Shown: positions 46,855 through 58,673 of the stretch, piece after piece
How positions within the stretch are numbered: position 1 is the first letter of the stretch
How the letters are laid out: every line of letters begins with the position of its first letter
From: Mobula hypostoma
Lineage: Eukaryota
Assembly: GCF_963921235.1 (NCBI RefSeq)
Contig: NC_086097.1
Span: 61,692,001-61,756,000, forward strand
Reading direction: 5' to 3'
Length of the DNA stretch: 64,000 bases
The notes under the pieces: generated by a model
The model's input: only the letters and a program-made list of their open reading frames with translations
Told to the model about the DNA's origin: nothing
Databases searched by the model: none
Program-made: the position numbers and the translations under genes

Positions 46855-49800
46855 TTGGAGAGGAGGGGATTTCAATCTGGTCCACTGCCCAAGGATAAAA
46901 GGCAGCAGCATAACAGAGCTTTGACCGGCAACCAGTTGGTGTCTAGAATTGATTGGTAAGAGCAAATTAAAGGAAGGCAGGGACAAGCACAGCAGCCATC
47001 GTCTCAGTGGACATAGTCAGAGTGGTGATCTTACGGCGTTAGTTTTTCAAGGCTTCATCAAAGAGAGGTTTCAGTCAGAGAAAACAAGAGAAAAGAAAAG
47101 CTCTTTTTTTTTCCATCTCTTCTTTATATCTGCTCAGCTAGGGCAGTAGAAATGCCAGGCAGAATAGTGAAATGCTCCTCTTGCAGAATGTGGGATGGCA
47201 GGAAGACCCCCAGTGTCCCTGATAACTACAACTGCAAGTGCATCCAGCTGCAGCTTGTAACAAACCACATTAGGGAGTTGGATCTGGAACTGGATGAACT
47301 CTGGATCATTCGGGAGGATGAAGGGTAGATAGGTAGGACATGTAGAGAGGTATTTGCACTCAAGGTGAAGGACACAGGAAACTGAGCAATGGTCAGGGAG
47401 GGGAAAGGAGTTAAGTAGTCAATGCAGAGTACACCTGTTGCCATCCCCCTCAACAACAGGTATATCACATTGAATACTACCAGGGGTGTTGACCTAAAAG
47501 AGGAGAGTCACAGTGGTTGAGTTTCTGGCACTAAGTCTGCCTCTGTGATTCAGAAGAAAAGGGGTGGGGGGAGAAGAGGCGAGCTGTGGTGATAGGGGAT
47601 TTGATAGTTAGGGGAATGGACAGAGTTCTGTGGATGAGAACGAGATTCCTAGATGGTACGTTTCTCCTGGGTGTCTGGTTTCAGGATATCTCAGAACAAG
47701 TCCTCAGCATTCTTAATGGGGAGGGTGAACAGCCAGAAGTCACAGTCCATGTAGGTAGTAAAGGCATGAGAGGACAAGTGATGAGTTTTTGCATAGGGAG
47801 TGCTGGGAGTTAGTTGCTAAGCTAAAGGGCAGGACCTCCAGGATTGTGATCTCAGGATTGCGACCCATGCCGTGTGCTATGTGGCTAAATAGTTTGTGTA
47901 AGAGGGAGGACATAGGATTTTTAGTTCATTAGACCTCTTCCAGTGAATGTTGGACCTGTACAGAAGGGATTTGCACCTGAACTGAAGGGGGACTATGTCC
48001 TAACAGGAAAGTTTGCTAATACTGCATGGTAGGGTTTAAACTAGAGCTGAGGGGATGGGAACCAGAGTGCCAGAATAGTTAGTGGAGAGATTGTGGCGGC
48101 AGATGTTGGTAAGTCATCAAACAAAGTTAGGAATCAAAAGGTTGAGCATGGTGCCACGAATGTCCTGAGCTGCCCATATTTTAATGCAAGAAGTATCACA
48201 GGAAAGGCGGATAATAGTGCTGAAGATAAGGTAGCTGGTTTACAAATAGAGACAATGTGTAGTGAGGAGAGGCTGTTGATAGGGCAAAACTGCAGTCAAC
48301 AGGATGAGTTGCAACATAAAAAAGCAGACAAAATCGAAAAGGGTGAATACAGGACTGAAGGTGTTAAATATGAATGCTCGCAGCATACAGAATAATGTTG
48401 GAGAACTTGCAGCACAGTTGCAGATTGGCAGGTATGATGTTGTAAGCATCACTGAATCAAGACAGAAAGATTATAGCTGGGTGCTCAATGTTCAAGGATA
48501 TACATTATATCAAAAGGATAGGTAGGAAGGCTGAGGGGGCCTCTTTAGAAAGAGGAGACATAGTGTTGGAAGGTGTTCAATCATTGTGGATAGAGCTAAG
48601 GATCTACAAGTGTAGAAAGTATTTGATGGGAGTTGTATAGAGACCCCCAAACAATAGTAAGGATGTGGCCTCCAAATTACAATGGGAGATGGAGTGTGCA
48701 TGCCAAAAGGTTTATGTTACAGTCGTCACGAGGGACTTCAACAGGAAGTTAGATTGGAACAATCAGGTTGGTGCTGGATTACGGGAGAGGGAGCTTGTAA
48801 AATACTTATGAGACAGCTTTTTAGAGCAGCTCGTGGTTAAGACCAGCTAGACGATCAGCTATTCTAGATTGGGTGTTGTGCAATGAAACAGAATTGATTA
48901 AAGAGCTTACCGTAAAAGAACTTGTAGGGGCAAGGGATCATAATATGATTAAAATTTGAGGAGAAGCTAAATTCAGATGTATCAGTATTACAGTGGAGTA
49001 AAGGGAAATACAGAGGCGTGAGAGACGAGTAGGCCATAATTCATTGGAAAAAAAACATTGGCAGGGATGACAACAGAGATGGCTGGAATATATGGAAGCA
49101 ATTCAGAAGGCACAGGATATATACATCCCAAAGAGGAAGAAGTGTTCTAAAGGAAAGATGACACAACTTTGGCAAACAAGCAACGTCAAAGCTAACATAC
49201 AAGCCAAAGAGAAGGCATAAAATAATGCAAAAATCATTAGGAATATAGAGGATTGGGAAGCTTTCAAATACCAACAGAAAGCAACTAGAAGAGTCATTAT
49301 GAAAGGAAAAGATGGAATACAAAAGTAAGCAAGCCAATATTATTAAAGAGAACACCAGAAGTTTCTTCAGAAATGTAAAGTGTAAAAGGGAGATGAGAGT
49401 GGATATCAGACTACTGGAAAACAATGCTGGAGAGGTAGAAATGGGAGATAATGAAATGGCTGATTTATTAAATATGTGTTTTGCAACAGTCTTCACCGTG
49501 GAAAACACTAGCAATATGGTGGAAGTTTCAGGTTTCAGGGTGCATGAACTGTGTGAAGTGGCCACAATTAGAGAGAAGGTTCCTGGGAAACTAAAAGGTC
49601 TGAAGGTAGATAAGTCACCTGGACCAGATGGTGTACACCCTGGAGTTCTGAAAGAGGTGGCTGAAGAGATCTTGGAGGCATTAGTAAGTAATGATCTTTC
49701 AAGAATCACTAGATTCTGGAATGGTTCAGGAAGACTTGAAAATTGCAAATGCCACTCCACACTTCAAGAAGGGAGAGAGGCAGTGGAAAGGAAGCTATTA

Positions 49801-51143
49801 GTATCACATCAGCAGTTGGGAAAATGTTAGATTCGATTATTAAGGATGAAGTTTCAGTATACTTGGAGGCACATGATAAAATAGGTCATAGGCAGCAATG
49901 TTTCCTCATGGGAATATCTTGCCTGACAAATCTGCTGGAATACTTTGAAGAAATAAGAAGGAGATTCGGGTGATGTCGTATAATTGGATTTTCAGAAGGC
50001 CTTTGGCTAGATGCCACACATGAGGTTGCTTAATAGGCTATGAGCCCATGGTATTCCAGGAAAGATTCTAGCACGAATAAAGCAGTGGCTGATTGGCAAG
50101 AGGCAAAGAATGGGAATAAAGAGAGCCACTTGCTGGCTGTTGGTGACTCATCATGTTTTGTGTTGTGACTGATTCTTTTCATGGATGATGGAATTGATGG
50201 CTTTGTTGAAAGGTTTGCAGACGATATGAAGGTAGGTAGAGGGGCAAATAATTTTGTGGAAGTAGAGAGGCTACAAAAGGGCTTTGGCAGATTAGGAGAA
50301 TGGGCAAAGAAATGGCAAATGAAGTATAGGGTCGGTAAGTATATGGTTGTACAGTTTGGTGGAAGAAGAGAAAGGGTTGACCATCTTCTAAATGGAAAGA
50401 AAACACAAAACTGAGATGCAAAGGGACTTAGGAATCCTTGTGCAAGATTCGCAAAAGTTAATTTGCAAGTTGGGTCTGTGGTGAGGAAGGCAAATGCAAT
50501 GTTAGCATTCATTTCAAGAGGAGTAGAACATAAAAGCAAGGATGTAATGTTGAGGCTTTATAAAGCACTGGTGATGCCTCACTTGGCATATTGTGAGCAG
50601 CTTTGGGCCCCGTGTGATGGAAAGGATGTGCTGAACCTGGAAAGGGTTCAAAGAAGATTCACAAAAATGTTTCTAGGATTGAACGGCTTGTCACTTAAAG
50701 AGCACTTGATGGCTCTGGGCCTGTATTTACTGGAATTCAGAAGAATGAGGGGTGACCTTATTGAAACCTATCAAATGGTGAAAGGACTTGATAGAGTAGA
50801 TGTGGAGAGGACGTTTCCTATGGAGGGAGAGTTTAAGGCCACAGGACACAACCTCAGAACAGAGGGGAATCCTTTTAGAATGGAGATGAGGAGGAATTTC
50901 TTTAACTAGAGAGTGGTGAATCTGTGGAGCTCATTGCCTCTGGCAACTGTGGAGGCCAAGTCTTTATGTATATTGAAGGCAGAGGTTGGTAGATTCTTGT
51001 TTGGTCAGAGCATGAAGGGATATAGTGAGAAGGCAGGAGATTGGGCTGAGAGGAAAATTGGATCAGACATGATGAAATGGTGGCGTAGACTCAATGAGCC
51101 AAATGGACTAATTCTGTTCCTATATCTTATGGTCTTATGGTGT
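46855..51143 (+). mobile_element. Full-length CR1 LINE (5' UTR, ORF1 Zn-finger/leucine zipper/SGNH esterase, ORF2 APE-RT), decayed
   Basis: ORF1 from 47152: MPGRIVKCSSCRMW...CKCIQLQL...IRELDLELDELWIIRE, then VIGDLIVRG..EQPEVTVHVG. ORF2: NARSI, KSPGPDGVHP, FADD, PHLAYCEQLW. Tail atcttatggtcttatggt. Confidence 0.92.
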
Positions 51144-51329
51144 TAATATGGTGTTCAGCATCCTCGCATAAATCAATTAGACACTTTAATGGTCACTCTT
51201 CATCCATTAGACCATGAATATGTTGGACGTAACAACCCTCTGACTTACAGAAGAACAATAATATTACATATAAGCAATAAGAATGAATCCAGATAAGAAG
51301 CTATCAAACCATCAAACTGGGCGGACCTA

Positions 51330-52428
51330 TGATGGAGTCTGACAGCGACTCCTTCGAGCTCATCTGCGGAAAGATTTAATTTCTACCTTTAATGAGTCTC
51401 TTTTTCCTTTTCAAGTTAGGTGGGGTTCTGTCAGAGACCTTGACGTAGAGCTATATTCAGACTTCAGATCTTTGCAGTGGTGGGACCAGCTCCCAGGGGT
51501 TCATGGCTGGTCATTTTTCGGCACCCCAAGCATACGGACTAGAAGATGAGGGTGTCTTTGGGATTCGGAGGCTTTGCGGACCCATAGACAAGCTGAATCT
51601 ATGCCGGTGCCGGTGACTGATGCGACGCAGAAGGAAACGGAGCATCAGGAACAGCTTCTGCTGTCAGGAGTTCTGTATTCTGCAAATCACACTGTAGGGT
51701 AATGTAATTGGCAGAAAAGTACATAATTTACAACACCGACTTTGAATTGGGGTTTCACTTTAAGAGGCAGATCTGACATGATGACATTATAACATGAAAG
51801 TTTTTAGCATGCTTTTTATGTGTAGGATAGGGAGTTCATAAAAATGAGTTATGGGATTTGTTAAGCATAAAACGTCTCACTTACATTTTATTTGCAGAAA
51901 CCTACAGTGCTCTCTCTCTCTCGTTGGTGAGGGAGAATATGTTGGCAATTCTCAAGTCAGAGAAGTTGATAAAAAAAAAGCGATGTGGCTGACTTTTTCA
52001 TTGGAAATCAGCGAGTTGCTCTGTTTGTGACTCCCCTCTCACTGTGAAAGGACAACATCCCTCTGTCCCTCTACTGGGGAGAGAGAGCCTGTGGTATGTT
52101 GAATTATTGGGTGACCAATTAGTTTTTGTTGTACTGCAGATTGTGGTATTTCTTGGGGGCTTTCCTATTGCTTGTTCAGTGGGTGAAGGGCACTGATGTC
52201 TTTTCTTGCTGAAGTAAGTGGGGGAGTGAGTGAATCATTGCCTTCCTGCTTCTTTTGCATGGGGGGAGTTGGAGGTGCTTTGGGGTTCTAACGTTTTTAC
52301 TGTCACTTATTCTTTGGGGCACTGTTCTGTTTTCATGGCTATCTGTGAAGAACAAGAATTTCAGGTTGTATATTGTATACATTTCTCTGATATTAAATGG
52401 AACTGATAAACTATTGAACTATTGAAAT
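51330..52428 (+). mobile_element. Non-autonomous element with Rex1-like 3' tail
   Basis: 3' end aagaatttcaggttgtatattgtatacatttctctgatattaaatg...(ctattgaa)n is the reverse complement of the Rex1-type tails at 21929, 34420 and 58030. Confidence 0.55.
51693..51906. repeat. Probable solo LTR (214 bp)
   Basis: TGTAGG...CCTACA termini; AT-rich block interrupting the host repeat. Flanks ACAC and GTGC do not match exactly. Confidence 0.45.
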
Positions 52429-53339
52429 GAACTTGACAGATATTCACATTTTAATGCTGCCTGAGACTAGAAAAAATCCTGCTGCTATCAGAAAATGTTC
52501 CACAGACATTAAAAGTATTTACCTTGTTTAGAAACTCTACCAACAGTACTAACTACAGACATACAGACCCGACATGCTAACGATTCAGAAAGAGTTAAGA
52601 TGTCATTCTGAGCTATTCAAACATTTATTCAATGTTTTACAAAATTTAATATGGAAAACTAGGCAGAATTTTTTTGTTTCTTCATTGACTGCAGTTGAGG
52701 TACCATAAGACTGAGCATTTATTTAAGAAGGATACCAGGGAGAAACCTACAGGCTGGTGAGCTTTACATAAATCATTGATGAGAAGGTTATTGGAAAGAT
52801 TTCTGAGGTACAAGACTTATTTTTATTTTAAAAGGTAATGATTGCCTAGTGATAGTCAGCATTGGATTTGTGTGTGCAAAATCATGTCTTTTGAATTTGA
52901 CTGACTTTATTGGAGACGTGATCAGGAGGATTAATGAGGGCTTGGCTGTTGATGATGTTCACCTGGCCTTTGACAAGGTCCTATATAACAAGCTGACCCA
53001 AAAGGTTAGAACATATGGGATCTAGTGTGAGCTGGCTAATAAGATACAGAAGTGGACAAGAGACTGGCAGATGGAATTTAACTTGAACAAGTGTGAGATG
53101 ATGTACTGTGGGAATCCAAACCAGGGTAAAGCATACACAGAGAAAGGTAGAGCTCTGAGGAGTGTTCTTCACCAAGGAAACCTTGGGTATAGGTATTTCC
53201 TTCCCTGAAAGTGGGAATTTATTTAGACAGTCAGGCATATGACATGTTTGCCTTCATTAACTGTGGCACTGAATATAAAGATTGAAACGTCATGTTACAC
53301 TTGTGCAAAGTGTTTGCTAAGCAGCACTTGGTAAGTGGG

Positions 53340-54760
53340 TAAATCGGTTTTTTGTTGACCCACATGCAGAGCTGTGCTGAGAAACTTTTCCTATACACCG
53401 TCCATACAGATCATTTAATCATAACAGTGCATTGTGGTGGAATAAGATAAAACAATAACAAAGAGCAAAATAAAAGGTTATTGTTACAGAGAAAGTATGC
53501 TGCAGATTACAATAAAGTGCAAGGTCATAACAAGGTAGCTTATCAGGCAAAGAGTCCACCTTACTGTACTAGGGAACAATTCAATAGTCTTATGAAGGTG
53601 GGATAGAAGGTGTATTTGATCTCAATGGAACATGCTTACAAGCTTTTATATCTTCTGCTCAGTGGGAAGGAGGGAGAAAAGATAATGTTCAGGATGGGTG
53701 TGTCAGTACCTCCAGTTGAACTCTGTCTGTTTGTGTGTTTTCCCCGTACCCATCAGTCTGTGGTTTTGTATTGCCATGTGCTCCTGTCCCTGCTCCTGCT
53801 CTGCTCCGGCCCCTGTATTACTGAGTACTCTGCCTCTCACCTGTTTCTCATTATTACCTGTATTGCTGCCACTTGTGTCTCATTGTGCTCCACCTATCAT
53901 CTGCCTCTCTGTTTATTGCTCAGTGTATTTCAATCCTGTGTTTTCACCTGTTTGTTGTCAGATTGTACTAGTGAGTTTTCCTTAGCCTTTTCAGTGTTTG
54001 TATCTGAACTCTGGCTGTCTGAATATTGACTCTGTCTATTTCCCAATTCTGGTTTTTGGATTTCTCTGGAATTTTTGATCTCCGCCTGAATTTTGACACT
54101 GACATTGTTGCCCCTCTGGATTTGCTACTCAGCAAATATCTCAGTGCTCACAGTACTTGGTCTGCAATTGGATCCCTGCTTCAGCATCCTGACAGGGTGG
54201 GACCTTTGATTATCATTGCTGCTTACCGAGACAGCCAGAAGTGTACACAGAATCTTTGGAGGGGAAGATGGTTACCATGATGTATGCAGCTGTGTCCACA
54301 ACTCTGCAGTTTTTTTTTATTTAGTTGCCATACCAACCCATGAGACATCTGGATAGGATGCATTCTATGGTACTTCAATAAAAATTAATAAGGGTCAAAG
54401 GGACATACTAATTTTTTTTTAGCTTCTTGAGGAAGTAGAGATGCTGATGAACATTCTTGAACCAGGAAAGGACATTGGTGATGTTAACTATTTGGACCTT
54501 GAAGTTCTTAACCCTCTCGACCACAGCATTGTTGATGTGAACAGAAGCACATGCACCATCCCATTTCTTATGGTCAATAACTAACTCTTGTTTGTTGACA
54601 TTGGGGGAAAGGTTATTGTCATGATAGCATGTCATGAGTTTTCTATCTTCTTCCTGTACTCCGACTCATTATTATTCGAGATGTGGCTCACTACAATGGT
54701 GTCATCTGCACACCGGCAGATAGAGTTAGTGCGGAACCTAGCCATACAGTCATGAATATG
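53340..54760 (-). mobile_element. Rex1/Babar LINE 3' part containing a solo LTR
   Basis: ORF 54408..54635 NNLSPNVNKQELVIDHKK..VERVKNFK..HLYFLKKLKK, with ADDTIV upstream. Confidence 0.75.
53701..54194. repeat. Solo LTR (494 bp)
   Basis: TGTCAG...CTGACA termini with a perfect 5-bp TSD GGGTG (53696-53700 and 54195-54199). Confidence 0.88.
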
Positions 54761-55589
54761 TTGCCAGACTACTGGAGTATTGAGTGCAGTTCAGATCATC
54801 ATGCTGTAGAAAAAAAGTGATTAAGCTAGAGAGAATGTTGCCTTAATTGGATGGACTAAGTTATCAAGATAGTCTAGGTATAATTTTCCTGGAGTGAAGA
54901 TTTGACTTTTTAGGGGCATATAGAAAGTGTTTGTTTCCCATGGTTTGCCTGTTTAAAACTAGAAGGCGTAGGTTTAAGGTGTGAGAGAAGATAATTAAAG
55001 AAGATCTGAGAGTTAAATTTTTACACAAAGTGTTGTTGGTATCTGGAATAAGCTGCCAGAGGAGGTGCTGGAGACAGGAACAGTAACACATTTAAAAGGC
55101 AACTGGACAGGTGTTTGAATGAGCAGGGCAAAGAGGGATATATATGAAATGTATTCAAATGAAATTAACATGGACAGGTTTGACATCAGCATAGATAGAT
55201 TGGGCTGAAGGGCCTGTTCGTACGCTGCCCAAAATGTTGACATTTTGACTCTGTAAAAATGCTCTAAAAATTTATAGTGTTGTAAAATATATGCGCTCAA
55301 TGGCCTCTTAACCTCAAATTAAATTGCAGAATATACAGAGTGAATCACATGTGGCATGAGGAACTTAAACAGTCCATGAAGTTTCTTCATGGACTCTTCA
55401 CAGATTCCTTTTGGAACTTCCTGCAACTATTGTTACAATCTGGAGAGTGGCAGTAATACAGTCACAATCCATGAATGGATAATAGCCTTAAAATAACATT
55501 TATTGTCCACAATGCATATTATATATACTGTACTTATATAAAACTTCCACCTTCAGCAAAAGCTCTTGGTCAATGTCAGGTAGGCAATA

Positions 55590-55885
55590 TAGCAAAGTCA
55601 AAGTCAAATATATTATCATATGCACATGTACATGTATATGTAAGTATAATGAAAAACTTACTTGCAACAGCATCAAGGACACAGCATCATATAAGCAGCA
55701 TTCACTCACATGCAAGCCATAAACAACTTTCAGGAGAACAACCCCAAATATAACAAAAATAGCCAACTTATGCAAAGCGATAAAGTGGTCAGTGTTGTCA
55801 AACTGTAGTGCAGGCTGGTTCAGGAACTCAGTTGTTATGAGGAAGTAGCTGATTATGAAACTGGTGGTGTAGAACTACAGGCTAT
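55590..55885 (-). mobile_element. Rex1-type 3' tail fragment
   Basis: (aaagtc)n tail followed by ttcaggaactc...aggaagtagctg...aacctggtggtgt, as in other Rex1 3' ends here. Confidence 0.55.
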
Positions 55886-57219
55886 CACAAGTATTTAAAT
55901 GCTGTTAATTGACCTGTGACCTCAGCTATATTTGATGGACAGATATTTTGGATGCAGCAATGAATCTGTGTAGACAACTGCAGCCAGAAATCCGGGCATA
56001 TTTTCTCTCTACTTCCTTCTTGCTTTAGAGTTAATTTGTCAGTATCAGTACACATCACAGAATTAGTCTGCATCTTTTATAACTTCTTACATATTTATCA
56101 TTCATGATCTAATGCAGCTGCTTGAACATGCCTATAATGTCACTACCAAAATATCTGTGGCTCTGGTGATGTTTGTGAGACTGTTGCCAGCTGTAAAATC
56201 TTGAACTTAGTCTAGCAAATGCTTTTCTACAGGTTTCCTTTAGACAGTTAAATTCAACATGTAACCTCTCTCTGCAGAGAGCTTGGAATAATTATTCATG
56301 TGGTTCCAAATATATTATTGAAATGCAATAGCATTAAACATAAGGATTGGTCATATTTTAGGTGATACTCAGATCAAGGACTGACCAACAAAAACTGGTC
56401 ACTTACTGAGCAAATCAATAATCTGCAAGTTATGAAGTTTTGGGATGAAAGGATAGGACAAAGCAGAAGATTCTCGTTGTCGTATCCGTGCAACTTAAAA
56501 CTAATTTACTTGATTCATTCCAATTCTGACAATGGGCTTTCAAACTGAAGCATTAAATCTGTTTCCCTTTCCACAAAGTTGCTTTACATACTGAGATCTT
56601 TAGAATTTTACTTTAATCTTGGATTTCTTGCATTTCTGACTCTATTTTTAATTTGCAGGCATTCAACATGAAAGGTCCATGGCTGATGTGTTCTATCATT
56701 CTCGCCACTGGATACAAATTCTGCAACAATAAAACCATTCAAGTAGGGTTTAGATTTCTGTACCTAATACTGTATGAATTTCTTGCTCTCTTAAATTAAA
56801 AGACAGTTGGTGGGACTGTCTGGAGAGGTAGGAAATCTACACATATTTAATATTTGCTTTGCTTCACAGAGCTGCACCTGCTCGACATGGTTAATTGTAT
56901 GAAATTGTGGCTCTCAGAATTAATAAAGTCTGAAACCACATTGTAACAGTTCAGCTGGAAAAACAGACTGGCAAATGTTTTACAATTGGCAAAGTATGGA
57001 TTCTTCTATTTCTCCACAGTGTATTTTACTAGAAGATTAGAATTTACAGCCTAGAAACAAGACACCCATCCAACACTTCTATGTCAGTTTTAATGCTCCA
57101 ACCTATCTGCCTGTTCTACAATTACATCTAATCCATTCAGCATACCTACTTTACCCTTCTCTCCATGTATTTTGCTAGGTTCCATTAAAATACTTTCCAA
57201 CTCAAATGTTCCTAATATT

Positions 57220-57902
57220 TTATTTTAGATTGGGTTATGAGGACACTCAGTCCTTGTTTATTGTTATTTAGAAATGCATGCATTAAAAATGATGCAATGT
57301 TCCTCCAGAATGATATCACAAGAAACACAGGACAAACCAAGACTAAAACTGACAAAACCACATAATTATAACATACAGTTACAACAGTTAAAGCAATACC
57401 GTAATTTGATAAAGAGCAGACCATGGGCACAGTAAAAAAAAGTCTCAAAGTCCCGTTGGCCTCATCATCTCACGCAGTCAGTAGAAGGGAGAAACCCTCC
57501 CTGTCATGAACCTCCAAGCGCCGCAAACTTGCCGATGCAGCACCATTGGAAGCATCCAACCGCAGCGGACTCTGAGTCCGTCCGAAAACTTCGAGCCTCC
57601 GACCAGCCCTTCGACACCAAGGACTGAGCACCATCCTCTGCCGAGCGCTTCGACCCCGCCCTGGCTGCCGAGCAACAAGCAAAGCCGAGGACTTGGAGCC
57701 TTCCCCTCTGGAGATTTCGGACCACACAGTTACAGCAGCAGTGAAGCAGACATTTCAGAAGTTTCACCAGATGTTCCTCAGTGCTCTCACGTCTGTCTCC
57801 ATCAAATCAGGATTGTGCACAGCACCCTACTTGACAAATAACAGATATCACCACTGGAGTGGCCGCTGCGAGCTGCGTCACGCCGCCATCTTCTCCTCTC
57901 CT
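57220..57902 (-). mobile_element. Young, CpG-rich non-autonomous retroelement (about 680 bp)
   Basis: Flanked by the direct repeat taatatt (57213-57219 and 57903-57909). Minus strand 5' ggagaagatggcggcg; 3' end with aataaa and a short AT-rich tail. Confidence 0.7.
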
Positions 57903-58673
57903 TAATATTCCTATTTTTGTAGTTGTTAGTATTTTGATACTCCAATATCTGTGTAGGATCTTTAATGGATTTGCAATGATATTTAAAATTAAATGCTCAT
58001 TCTACTTTTGTTCAACCCCAGCCTGGATTATGTCAAAGTACATTTCTTATCGAAGTATGTATACGATATACAATCTGATGATTCGTCTCCTTACAGGCAG
58101 CCACAGACCAAAGAAACCCAAACAGAACCCATTAAACACCGAATGTGCATAAAAAAAGACATATTGTGCAAACAACAAAAGCAAGCAAACAATTGACATT
58201 TACGAAAGTGAGTCCATAGCCTTGACACTTGTCATCAATGCAGCATATTCAGGAGCCCATTAGTTGCAGGCCATAGCCTCAGTTCAGCGCAGAGACAAAT
58301 AAACCTTGCAGAACAGCAAGCTTAACTGGCCCGTCCCTCACCTCCGGCCCCGACACCCTAACTTCAATTTGGCTTTGTGCTTAAACCTTCTAAATCCGTG
58401 CAGTTCCTTGCTCTTGGACTTGAATATTGCTGCTTCGATTCAACCCATACCTGACCTTTTCAACTTGGACCGTGCTTAAGTCGATCAAACCTCAGATTAT
58501 TCCTTGCTTCCGAACCTGAGACTTGTCACTTCAATACACTCCCAGACCTGGACCCTGTCAGCTCAAATCGGCCTGTACCCAACCTTTCTAGTTCAGGCCA
58601 GCACTTAGATTGATCAAACCTTGGGTCTTTCCTAACTCTTGAGCCATATAGTCTATGAGCCAGTAGGGTTGGT

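Larger units (their letters stand above)
52710..55235 (+). mobile_element. Old CR1 (52710-53335 and about 54765-55235) split by a Rex1 copy
   Basis: SQHWICVCKIM (SQHGF-like), AFDKV, WQMEFNLNKCE; resumes with ctggagtattgagtgcagttc (LEYCVQF-like) and a CR1 3' UTR. Confidence 0.7.
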
